A DNA stretch of 63,932 nt, counting the filler, from Choristocarpus tenellus KU-1152 (taxonomy: Eukaryota > Protista > Phaeophyceae): assembly GCA_964200185.2 (NCBI GenBank). It is 12 parts of 12 records of this genome, joined end to end, with 100 filler letters (N's around TTAATTAATTAA, not from the genome) between each part and the next. Parts side by side here need not be neighbours in the genome. Positions count along the whole stretch, not along the records: positions 36,322 to 41,056 come from CAXNAD020013280.1; positions 41,157 to 47,105 come from CAXNAD020009338.1; positions 47,206 to 53,934 come from CAXNAD020007475.1; 9 more parts are not named here. One strand, 5' to 3'. Positions 38,001-50,579 of this stretch are shown here, one piece after another. Both the position numbers and the translations under genes were made by a program. The notes below the pieces were generated by a model, which ran no database searches, had not been told where the DNA came from, and saw only the letters and a list, made by a program, of their open reading frames with translations. The number at the start of each line of letters is the position of its first letter. Within the stretch, counting starts at the first letter, position 1.

Positions 38001-38194
38001 CTTTCTTTGAAGTGTCAGGACCTAAATCTGTTCAAAACTAAAAAACTTACATAACGAGGATCCCCACGATGATATTTGTTGCTAATCTGAAAGATACCTC
38101 TCCCAAATCTATTCAGCATTTGAATAATCTATACAACAATGCTCCCTTAGAGGTTTATAACTACAAAGTAATGTGGCAATGCTGCTATATGCCT

Positions 38195-38500
38195 CTAAAC
38201 TACCTTAGCTTTACGAAGGTGAGCAAGGACCTTGGGAACCATCCCAAGAATCTGACAGTCCCTTCTTCCCCATCCACCGGGTGTCTCTAGGTTGAAACGT
38301 ATGGCATCTGTCGAGAGAGCCACTTGTGCAGTGTAGGACACTATCTGTCTTAAACGGGACTTGATAGCCCCTTTCCTGCTATATTCTCCCTCCCCTCTCT
38401 CCCCTAGTGGATGTGTGGCAAACTCATCTAAGAAACTTTCTGCTTGGTTTCCAAGGCGCCAAAAACTTTCCACTCCTAAGGTGTTGAGATTAAAACTACG
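38195..38500 (-). mobile_element. 3' fragment of a CRE/R2-like (REL-endonuclease) non-LTR retrotransposon
   Basis: LGVESFWRLGNQAESFLDEFA...RKGAIKSRLRQIVSYTAQVALS resembles the C-terminal E.fGrlG..a..fld.la...r.rq..sv..Q.a segment of REL-type elements. A second diverged copy lies at about 48800-49030. Confidence 0.6.
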
Positions 38501-40870
38501 AGGGTCAAGAGAACCCTCTCGTAGTACTCACCGATTGAACGTGAGCAACCAATCGTATGGATAGAGGGGTAATCTAAAGCGTTATTATTTTTCTATTGTT
38601 ACTATACGTTATATTAACCCTGAAGATAGGTATTAATGATTGTTTGGTGGGAAGGTAAAAGGTCAATAATATTGTTCCTGTGATGGACAGGTCTCTTTTT
38701 AGGAGCTGATCTCAGTCCAATCCACATCCGTGTGCACACACAAGTACATTGCGCGCACATTTCTTCATCATTGGTAACGTTCCCATCAACATCAAACACA
38801 GAGAACTCTTGAAAATTCTCAGATCATTTGCTGTTGGCGGTGACAAAGATGTGACGTCACCAATCGGATCTCAGACTCTATTAAAACTTCTCCTACTACT
38901 GTTGTAAGATTTGATGACTGAGAGAGCTTTGGGTTTGCTGAAAGCACCCCACCGTGACACAACTGGTAATTCTGAATACCAACTGATTAGACCCTGCCTC
39001 ACGACAGTGGTACTCACACCGACAGTCTAAAGAGGAATTCACCAAGTTAGAAGTCCATATCATGGCAGCATGAAACAAAGACGTGGTCGAAGACAAGTCT
39101 AAGTTTGAGAATGCAAAGGCAACACTCAACTTTCTCTAGATAAGATCTCATCACTTCCACCAAACCCACCTGGGATATTCCAAGTAAATCCAAATATATA
39201 CGATAACATGTATGTGTCTGTCGCAACACAATTGGCTCTATCAAGATGTGCTATACATTTTTAAGCTGGAGACATCAGGGAGATGTGCAAGGAGGGGGCT
39301 GTCAGATTCTTGGGGATGCTTCCCTAGCTCCTCGCACTGTGTTGTAGGGCTAAGCTAGGTTGGAGGCATAGGATGGGACTGGTGCAACATAGCTGGTGGT
39401 AGTAGAATAGTAAATTGATGATAGAAAGATATCTTTCACATTTACGACAATCCCTACTTTTTTTTCAGGGGTTGTTACGATATTGAATTGACTTTTCATT
39501 GGTTTTTCACCTGTCACACCTGCAAAACGTTAGAAGGCGTAATAACTTATAGAACATATATACAAGGGACTTTTGCCTTGTCTGTAGATCGCCTTCATAG
39601 TGTTAGTTTAGGAACAGTTTCAGTCATCATTCTTGACTCGCTAGGTTCCTTTTTTTTCTCTTGTTTTCAATAATTTTCCTACATACAGATCTAGACTACT
39701 TTTTTTGGTGAATCCGAACATTTTTCTTCGTGTATGCAATGCACAGACTCTTATCTATTGCTGCTTTCATAATGAAAACAAAGCTGAAGATGGTTGGCCC
39801 ACAACCCACATTGACTTAGGTACATCAATTATATTTCAAAGGGGCCACAAACTCAGACACCATCAACACGAAACAGTCAGTATATATATTGGGGTGGAGG
39901 GGTTTATGGTTGGACTTTAAGGATCGGCATCTTGGTTTTGAATCAGATATCGATGTCGAGCTCTACATTATTGATCTTGGAACGTACTTCCATGTAGTAA
40001 CTGCATTCGCTGTTGAATGATTGATCGAGTTTACAGGGTTGGATGTTTGGGAAATTAGGTCTAAATTGTGGTTAGAAAATAAATGTGCGTGATCGAGTGA
40101 AGGTGTAAGATTTTGCATTGTCAAAGTTGTTGGGTAGACTTCGTCCTTACATGATTTGTTGTTCATTTAAGGTCGTTGAACTAGATTATCCTCTTGCTGT
40201 TTGTAGAAGATACAGGTTGATTGCAGTAAGCGGGACATGACACTCTAGAAGCCCAATATTAAACATTCAATGAATAATTTGTTCAACCAATGTAGTGTAA
40301 GCAGGGGAAGCCACCTCTGGCTGTATTTGTAACTATGGTCCATTTCTGTCGTGCTAAATACTCTCTATCTTACGTCTTACTCTATCACAACATATACAAA
40401 ATGTCAAGTGGGCATAATAATGCAGATCAACACATAGGGGTGGTATAGACCTTACCTATCTACACATTAGTTGCGCCTAGTGCTTCTTCAGGGGTAGGCT
40501 CACAGAGAACTTCAAGCGGTCACAGTCACTTGTTGCAGCGATTCTAATGTAGAAACTGTCCTTAGCGAACTATTGCAATGGAAAGGTCCTATGTACCAGG
40601 CCTGTTTTCCACCAGCAATATGATCTATATATTGTTTATATATAAAAGAGATCGCCCCAGACATTCACTGGACCCGTGGAAGAGATTCCTTATATCAAGT
40701 ACCCACCCGCAATATGTCGGCTGCTAGGTTTATGGTTAGCAACCTCCAGTATCCATTGTTACATAGATCAGAAAGGCGTTAAAAGTTTTGAGAACTACTC
40801 AAAGTTAGGTGTCTGGTAGCAGAAGAGTGAAAGTATCTTAGAGGGTGAGAGTTTTGGGGTACGAGTTTTG

Positions 40871-41051
40871 GGCTCAAAGTATCTGGAGGGGAGGGTAGCG
40901 GCTGTCCATTTGGGGTCAATTTTTTCATGTCGCGATTTTGGGGTGATTTTGGTTCCATACGTCGGATGGATAATGAAAGTGCACTTTGCCTGGATATGGC
41001 CCAAATGGACACCTTGGTGTAGACCCCCCCCCCCCCTAGATACTTGGGGTC
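40871..41051 (-). mobile_element. Full-length copy of the G-rich MITE
   Basis: Reverse complement of 26859-27052, with both TIRs. Confidence 0.85.
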
Positions 41052-41156
41052 TTTGCNNNNNNNNNNNNNNNNNNNNNNNNNNNNNNNNNNNNNNNNNNNN
41101 TTAATTAATTAANNNNNNNNNNNNNNNNNNNNNNNNNNNNNNNNNNNNNNNNNNNN

Positions 41157-44100
41157 GGGTGGGACTGGGGGTGTGGGGGGAGGGGAGAAGGTCTCGTTGT
41201 GGGCTGGTCATCCCCAGTGCCCATCATCACTGCCTAGCTACTTCTCAGGCCAGTTCTCGTCACTGCCTACAATATCAACCTTTGAGGAGAGCGGACGGCG
41301 TGTTTGCTGGGCGGACAACAGAGGACAACGCCTGTCAGAGGTGGGAAACAGACAGGGGTTGAGCTAGGGAGAGGGTTGCTGGAGTTAGAGGGCAGAGATG
41401 AGGGGGATGAGGAGAGTAAGGGGAGTGAAGGAGGATCACGTATGTATACCTTTTTTGTGCGAAGTGTTTATTTTGGTAACAAGTGTACCCATTTTTTGCT
41501 GCATTTCATCGCAAATAATAACAATATTTGGAATCAGGTTTAGTGTATGTCTTTTTTAAACTGCAAGTAGTGCCTTATGTACACAGCACCAACTGTGTGC
41601 TTAAAATTATTCGTCATGTGTGTGTGCGTGCACAAGACTAAGTTCGATTTCGTGTAGAAAATATACTGAAACATTTGAGAGGCTCTCTTAAACTTTTTGT
41701 GTCTATGACCCGATGCTTGGAGTATGTGCTCATACCCCGTTTTATTTCTAGCACTATGGACTGACTACCTTAGTGCTATTGTTAATATATATATATAGGC
41801 GCTGTTGTGGTGTTCATGTGCTGCCACTTGCAGTATGACCAACTCTTTTCCCGCCATATGCTATCTCCTGGACCATCACATACATACATACTTCAAGACG
41901 TAAGCTTTTGAAACAGTTGGAGATACGCCGTATATCTGTACTGGAAGGTGTACTTCAGTGGTGGGACACAATACGAAGTTTGTAACTTGTACCATTTGTA
42001 ATTGTAATTGTATTTAATGCATGTAGATCATAATGTGTAGGGATGTTTGTGGACATGTGCTTATGTAGTGTATATTCTAAATCAATACTGTTGGGCGCAG
42101 TGAACAACCTGACATCGCGTTTGAGCTCATGCAGACATTTACCACTGTGTGTGTATTGAAGAGGGGAACTTGTATGACATCACTGCTTTTCTTGTTCCCG
42201 CTCTCTCCACTGTTATCTTCCTGGGGTTGGCATCCAACAGGTCCACGAGATAGAGCCGGGATACAGGCGCGAAGACTTTGCTCTCCCAGGTCACATTGGA
42301 TTTAGCACAGAGGTACAAGGCATTGTCACGGGGATGAGATATGTGTGGTTTTACGAGCTGAATGGTGTTTTGTCTTGGTGCAGTGGTGAGGTTTGAGATT
42401 GGGGGTACGGGTTGGGGTTAGGGTTAGGGTTAGATGTGATGGGATTAGACATACGCATGTCATTGTATCTGGCGTAGTGTGACGTGATTGCATGTGTATG
42501 TCGAGTAATACAGTATGGTGTGGTTGAATGTTTTGTAGAGCAGTGACTATTTGGACCATCTTTTTGCTGTGTTGAGATGTCTTAAGAGCTTCCTCTTCCC
42601 GGGCTCTGCAAAATCACACACCCACAGACCTATGTATGTATTACTGTATTTGTGTGTGTGTGTGTCTGCAGTACACGGTATTGAGTGTGGTTAGTAGCCC
42701 ATGTGCAGCACTGCACTATGTACCCAAGTAATATGTTTGGTGTGATGACACTCCCAGATGGGTATGATTCTATACAAAAAAAATATCAAAAGACATTATT
42801 CGCTCTGCACTTCCTGGTGTTTTGATTACTGCATACCAAGCTGCGTGTTTTTGATTTTTCTCTTTATTAGCTAATTTTTTCATGTGTTTTTTCTTCTACC
42901 CCTAACCTATAGATTGATCCCCCCCCCCCCCCCCCTTCCCCCCCCCCAACTTGATTATCCTACCCTTCACCCCTCCAATTACTGCCCCCCCCTAACCTAT
43001 AGATTGATCCCCCCCCCCCCACTCTCTCACACACACATATAGTTAATCCTAAGCTTAGCCTCTGCAGTCAGTGCCTCCTCCTCAATCGTGTATCCAGGCT
43101 CATGATGTAACAAAGTGCAAAACCCTTTGCATGGACCAGGGTACCAAATATAGAATTCTCAGCATCAGTGGAATAGTATGACTACCTAGTGTGAAAGAAA
43201 CTGATGACAGTATTGGACATAGAATATATACCTTTATCGGTATATATATATATATATTTTACCTGCTGGATTAAGATGTATGAAACCCTATCCCCAACCA
43301 ATTCATATATAAGCTAAGTTCACCTTCAGGAACATCAGCAAAAATACATACATATACACACATTTTAGGTTTTATTTTTAAAATGACATTTCCAAGTACA
43401 TTTTCAACACCTTTGCTTCTAGCTTACATTAATGTACCAACTTCATGAAGATAGTACAGATTTACAATGTTTTTTGTGCTCCTGGAGTTTTTTTTTCTGT
43501 TGACTCATCTTGTATGCTCCACAACTATCTCAAATGATTTCTTCTTGCTTTTTTGAAATTGCTCTGCACCTCCTCTTGGAATACTTGATACTAAACTAAA
43601 CACAGTTTGATGCAACTTCAGAAGAATACTACAAATTGATTTTTGGCTAGCACATGAATTACCTCCCTCCAACACCTTATCCCAGAGTTCAAATATATAT
43701 ATATATATACATACATATTTATTTATTTTTTCGTTTTTTGTTGTTGCTGTTCAATTTTGTTTGTTGAAGTAGGCGTGTACAAGGGACATGTCAAAGAAGG
43801 AAGAAAAACTTCTCGGGGTGGACGACCACAAGCGATTGGCAACTGTCCCCATCGTTCCAGGTGTCTCCCCTGCTACGGCTGAGACTCGTTCAAGGTATCC
43901 CCCTCCCCTCCCCTCCCCTTCTCTTTCCCCTGAGGTGGTAGTGCCAGTATTGCCATCGGACTATGGCCTTTCCCCTGCATGCCTATCATAGATGGTGTCC
44001 CTACAAAGGTGACCGCGAACGCATTGACTTTCAAGAACCCACTACAACGGTGCACAGAATTTTCCAGTATTTCTGTCACATATTATTATTATTATTATTA

Positions 44101-47100
44101 TTATTATTTTAGTTGTTTACCACTCTTGAAAGACTTGCTGTGAATGTTTTGGTGCAACATGGCAAGTGTAAGAGAGGTAGATTGATGGACATGCTAAGAA
44201 TTTGGTGTTGACTGGTGGGAAGGAGTGACACAACTAGAAAGATTTTTTGAAGTGTGCACGTCTCGGTGGTTGTTACCAAACCTCAGACCTCACTTCATAT
44301 GATATTGATACGGTGAGATGAATTATGCTACCTATGGTTGGATTTTCGTTGGTTTTTGAAGGTCAATGACTCCCTTATGGTATGTGTATTTTTTTTCACT
44401 GTGGGTGACGCTTATGTCTAACGATGTGTTCATAGGTTATTTCCTTCTACAGCCGCACCCTCCAAAGGAGAGCTGACTGCATTTGAGGCATAGGCATAGT
44501 GGACATTACACAAAGTTTACAAAAGGCTTCAAACTTAAAACAGTCAAATCTACCCCCCTCCTAGATGTTTTCACTCCCATGATATGTTGGTTTTGGTTGC
44601 TGTAATTATCTAAATTGTTGGGGGTTCTCTGGAGTTTGAAGTAATACTAGACTGGATATTTTATGGAACCGATAAAAACCACTCACCTGCACCAATGGGT
44701 ACCAGTCTGTAAGGAATTAAATGTTGAATATTGTAGCCAGTAATGGTAGCTATGAAAAGCTTTGATCAAAATCTTCAGAAAATGAGCAAAAAAGTCAGTT
44801 TTTTTTTTTCTAGAGACAAAAGGATATCAAGTGTGTGTTACATACATGTATCAACACTTATATATATATACATATTATGTATGCATCCAAAGCTTCTTCT
44901 CCTCTTCGATGTTTTGGTTTGATACCCATTACTACATAAAGTGTACATGGTTGTGTGTGTGTGTGTACTGGGTCTCAGCAGAAATTTCCACTTTTTTTTC
45001 TCAAAAGCAATATAAAAATCTCGTTCATGTACAAAACAAAATGTGCTGATATTTTGTTTTTGTCACAGAACTGACGGGGGTTCCACCAGTGGTGACAGCG
45101 AGGGCACTATGTCTGACTCAGAGAACAGTTTGTTCGGCGAACCAATGGCCTCATCTCCAAGTTCATTAGATCCATTGGATAAGGACCCTGGTGTTGGCTC
45201 TGGGGTTGACCGTGGGGGCAGCAGCAATGGCAAGGGCGGCAGTGATGGTGTGGGCAGTGGTAGTAAGAGACGGGGGGTTAGCGGTGATGGGGATGGAGGA
45301 GGGAGAACAGTGGGCGGGAGCATTCAACAGGTGACTTGAGAGGACAATGCCCTGGGGAGAGTGTTTGTGAGAGGGAGTGATAGGAAATTGGAAACTGCAC
45401 CATTCTGCGGTTGTAGAAACCTGTGTGTGTGTGTGTGTGTGTTGGTGTGTGTTATGCAGTGCTAATGCTGTAGTGATTTTTTATGAGATGAATCGGTACA
45501 CCAAAAAAACTTATATTTATCCATTTTAAGAACTGTTTATATGTTTTATTCCTTATTAGTGTGGTTTTCGCCACTCGTGTTGCATATCATATTTAGTTTT
45601 TGTTCTGGGAACTAGGTTAGGGTTAGGGTTAGGCTAGGGTAAGGAGAATCTGGTATGCTGTTGGTGTGCCTGCACTCTTCTCTTGGCTGCTGGGTTATCC
45701 GCACACACCAGCAAGCATGGGTTATGCCACTACACTACCATCTCAGGTAGCCAAGGCCTGTTTGAATAGGGATTAGGGCTAGAGTTAGGTTTGGATTTTA
45801 TAAGCTCATCTTATGCAATATATCAAATGAGTGACAGAAGAAGGACCGCAGTTGTTACCACTAGAGTCACATCACAGTAATACACATGAACCAAATGTAA
45901 TCCCCCAGAGTAGACCAGCTTTGGATCTGAAACGGACTGGAACAGGTGAGCAGCAATGTTATTTGTAGGATTTGGTTGGGTTGATGTCCCTGGCAACGAG
46001 TAATTATTATTATTATTATTATTATTATTGATATTTCTTCTGAGTATTTTTATTGTACTCAATATGTAAGTGAACCTAAAACATTTACAGGTGCGGGGAT
46101 CTCGATAGAGTGCTTCCTATCAACCACCTTCCAGGACCATATTTTTATCCTCTTTTGACGTAAGTGCATACCACACACTATTTTTACATATGTACATACA
46201 TATACAACCTGATTCTATCCAGTTCCCTTTTATGGAAATATGTTTTGATGGCACTGCCCCTCAACAATACCAAATGAACGCCGAAACCAAAGACATATTT
46301 CTCTCTCTTTTTTCCTCATCCATTTTTTAAAATTTATTCTGAAACTGAAGACTAAAAAACTCCAGGGTGGTCAACGCCTTCCAGTAGAGGACCACTTCAG
46401 AGCATCGGACAGGTTCCATGATGCAGACTACTCGGCAGACGGTGATGTGGATACAGACGCAAAGAGTGACACCTCCTCTGTCTGTTACTTCAGCCCCACA
46501 TGTGATGTCACAAGAAACTCCCACTGTAGTGGCTCTGGGGCCGGTGTCCCTAACAACAGTACGGCTACTGGCAGTACCAGTGGGGGAGGAGGAGGAGGAG
46601 GAGATGGTTCAGGTAAGAAAGACAAGATGCTTGGAGGTCGACAAGGGAAGGGGCGGGATGGGGAAAGGCGTGGCGATAATAGCAGTGACAGTGATGGTGA
46701 CGGTGGCATCACCAATGTGGTGCTCTCTCCTAGTGTGTTATCGCCTTGTGCTGGTGGCGGTGCTGGTGGCTCTGGGGCAGAGGTGATGTTGTCCTCACCG
46801 TCCTCCTCTGTTCGTGAATCTTTGCAGCAACTTCGTGGAGTAGGAGTTGCCACTGCCGCTGGTATTGCCTCCTCCCCCCGTGGGTTGACTGTTGGGACAA
46901 CAGTTAAGTCTGATGTGGGTGATGTTGAGGGAGTAGGATTTGAACGGTTGAGAGGTTGTGGAGGCAAGAAGAAGGCTGGAGAAGGAGGAGGAGGAGGAGG
47001 AGGCAGCAGCAATGATCGAGGTGTGGTTGGAAGATACAATAGCGATGGTCGAGGGGAGGGGATGGGGGAGGGTGGGGGGGGTAGGGGGGTCAATTACTGC

Positions 47101-47105
47101 GAGCA
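41157..47105 (+). CDS. Internal fragment of a Gly/Ser-rich, probably disordered protein with an RVxW PP1-docking-like motif; exons 41157-41340, 42241-42312, 43773-43894, 45069-45330, 46366-47105
   Basis: Five AG/GT-bounded exons join in phase (0,0,2,0) without stops: ...GRRVCWADNRGQRLSE-VHEIEPGY...-ACTRDMSKK...-TDGGSTSGDSEG...-GGQRLPVEDH... Both ends are cut by spacers. Confidence 0.75.
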
Positions 47106-48799
47106 NNNNNNNNNNNNNNNNNNNNNNNNNNNNNNNNNNNNNNNNNNNNTTAATTAATTAANNNNNNNNNNNNNNNNNNNNNNNNNNNNNNNNNNNNNNN
47201 NNNNNACATTGGATTTTGGCCCCCAAACGGACGCGGCTCTACCCTCTAAGATACTTTGACCCAAACTACAATTTATGATTGTAACAATATAGTACTTCTG
47301 TAGTAGGAAGGTTCTAGACTGCCAATTTCCCATTGGAGACAAATTTAGGAAAGTATCTGGGTCCATCAGGCAGTTGGGTGTCTGATCCCCAGAGTGAGAT
47401 TTCCTAGAAATCGTTTTTTTTTACTGATGACTGTGAGACGTAACTGAAAGTTAGAGATGCCCAGTCTTTCGTGATGAAGTTTGTCTAGATGCAGATGATG
47501 AACAGAGTGTTGTGTTCCTATTCCAAAAAAACTCAATGCTGCAGGAATCAACACAATTATAAATCCCCCAAAAGCTCACCGTTCAAGGACGAAAAGACCT
47601 GTTCCAGCTCTTAAAAACTTCCTCGTCCACCAAATTCATTTTTTGTTCAAGATAGACGTCAAATACTATTTTCATGCGCTAGAAATAGTTGAAAACGCTT
47701 GGTTCCTACTCTCACATTCAGTATTTTTTCGCCCCCTTACATTGCACCTTGGGCACAGAGACAAACGCACTACCAAAATGCGTCATTAGTGACCAAGTAT
47801 TTCTGGAACTGCTTCTGAAGTCTTTCACATATTCAACATCGAGAACAGAATGAAAATAGTGGACGAGTAGTTTTTCAAGAGAACTGGAATATTTTTTTTT
47901 AATCCCTGAACATGATCTTTTCGAAAAGACAGCAGATGCGTTGATTTCTATAGCACAGAGTTTTTCTTGTCGGAATAGGAACACAATATTTTGTTGATCT
48001 TTTGATATCTAGAACAATCTTTATCACATATATTCTGAAACACTATTCACCACAACCACAGAGTGGGGCAGATACGGTAGGGGCAATAACATTGTGCTCC
48101 ATAACGGCCTTCAAACATCGATAGAGGGCGCTGATGCGCACGACTTGGTGCAAGATTAGGGCTCTCTTCAACAAGCTCCCCACCAATGCTACACTACAAA
48201 CTGTGATATGTACGAGAAAATCCCATTTCAGTTCCATCTCGCAGAGGTCAATAGCCCAAAAAATTCCTTGTCTAGCAAATCTCGTTTCTGAGTTTCAATC
48301 ATCCACTCTGATGATGTCAAAAACCTGTATTAAAATATTATGAAATCATTTAATGATGTTGCATGTTCTTACAAAATTCGTATTGAATCTATTTGGACAG
48401 GATCAAAGTTAAGGTCAGAGTGTGTGACCATGTATTTTTTAAAAGGAGTGCCAAATCTCTCGCTCTCTACTACAGCTCCAAGCCTCTCCGAGCCCCTCTC
48501 TTTAGCAAACCTTTGATGATACTTTCGACGAGTTAAGGAGTTTGAGAGTGTGTGAGTGACGTTGTCCTTGTAATTGTTATATGTATTACATATTCTTGTG
48601 CCTCTGAAATTTTACAGATGTGTCAGGGAAAAGGTCAAACCAAATCACAAGGACTCGCGTAAAAGTAACAGTTGTCGTAAGTGTGAAATGTATCTCTCTG
48701 AAATCTATTTACTACTGGAATACCAGCGAAACTACAACACTCCCTTAAAGGTTGGAAATTACGATGTGATGTGTATATTGCTACTATTCCTCCCACAAA

Positions 48800-49030
48800 G
48801 CTTAGCCCTACACAGCTACTGGGTGAGGAGGTAGGGAAGCACACCAAGAATCTGACAGGCCCCTCCTTACTCATTTGCTTGGTGCCTCTAGGTTCAAACA
48901 CGTAAAAAGTGTCGAGAGAGTCAATTGTGTAGTGACACTCTTTGTCGGAAGCGGGATTTGACATTTCCTCTCCTGGTATGATCTCCCAACCCTCTCCATC
49001 CAACTCATCCAGAAAACTTTCTGTTTGCTT
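48800..49030 (-). mobile_element. Second, more decayed copy of the CRE/R2-like 3' fragment
   Basis: Nucleotide similarity to 38205-38445 (CCAAGAATCTGACAG, CTCTAGGTT..AAC, TGTCGAGAGAG, AACTCATC.AGAAAACTTTCTG). Confidence 0.6.
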
Positions 49031-50579
49031 ACGTACTGTAAGCTAAAATATTTATTTATAATTTTCAATTAATTATTATTTTTTAGAGAGAGGTACTTTT
49101 TTGATAGATGAAAACAAAGCTTTGAAAGGGAAAGAGAAGAAAGAAAAAGAACAATAGAATCAAGAGAACAACCAAAAAGAGAAAGTAGGGAGAAAACAAT
49201 GTTCAACTGATACGAATAGTTGTACGTAATCACTATGGTGGTGGTGGTGCAATTTGGACAATCTTTTCAACTGCTTCAACATAATTGCTTACATTTTATC
49301 ACCTATCACAGCATCCATCCTTGGAATATTACTGTACATCATTAGACTGAAAATAGCACACATGCAACACTCGTATATCACTTCTGTTATTGGTCAGAAA
49401 CCCTAATACTTCAATTCCTCAACCTTAATCTCAAACTTCTGGATACTTTGTTGGAAGCGTCCTTCGACCATAAGGTCTGCTTGATAATAAACGGGGAGTC
49501 TATGAGGTATTCTGAGTTTTGTAAGGGTGATAATTCGTAGAATGGAATACGTATGGTAAGCTGAGTGTTGGCAGGGGTTAAAAGAAAGAAATGGAAAGTG
49601 GACGAAAAGTTAAAGACTGGGTAGAAGAGGTAGATGACAAGTTAAAAGAAAGGAGTGGTAGGTAGAGGCATGTGAGGTAAGAAGGAATGGGGCAGGGCTA
49701 GAGGCAAAGCTAAGGGTGGTAGTGCTGAACAAGCAGGGCAATATCACGGCAAACTCCGAGCAATATTTCCCACCCACCCACCCACCCTTTGATTTGCTCA
49801 TGATAAGTGGGATGTTGGGGAAGGGGGGGGCGGGGGGTCAAGTTTGAGCATGGTAGATGTCTTCTAGTTCAAAGCCACGATATTGAAGTGGATGATAGAG
49901 GGGTGTTCTTGGATGAATGTGGAGTGGTGTTGAGTGGTGTTGAGTGGTGTGGTGGAGAACGGTGTGGTGTAGTGGAAGGTGGTGGAAAGTGTTGTGGAGG
50001 AAGGTAGATGGATTCGCAGAAATTGGCTGCATTATTGGTTGGTATCTGGAAACTGGTAGCGAAGATTGGTCGCACAGGTTGGTTATCAGCGGTATTACAA
50101 TGGTGAGGAGGAGTAGAATGGATGGTAAGACGAGGGTAATGAATAATCCAGAATTCGTGACCAAATTAAACCAACTTACTGTTATGAAGTTCCAAAACCA
50201 CGAAAAACTTCCTCGACTTCCTACCCCACATTCCCCATTTTTAAATTTCTCCTATTACTACCTCTACACTAATACAACACCCACTAGAACTAGTATTGTT
50301 ACATCTATTGTTGTGTTGGGCGAGTACTTATCGTCACCTTCTAATCCGATTTCCGATCCTCGATCCTCGATACTCGACAGAAACACAACTAGTTTTGAAT
50401 TTCAAGGTGAGAACGACATCAACAAAGCTAAAGGGGGTGGTGGGTCAAGGTGAATCTCGATAGAGAAAACGTGGGTAGTAGGGGTACGTTGTGGAGGGGA
50501 GAAGCTTGCCGTCGCTTGTGCCAGAGCCCTTCTAATTATTTGAAGAGATCGAGCGGAACACAGTTTCAAATATTTCAAT

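Noticed and set aside
46485-47093. 202-aa Pro-rich minus-strand ORF (also 45063-45323 and 50402-50917)
   Set aside because: Antisense shadows of plus-strand exons that have proper splice sites.
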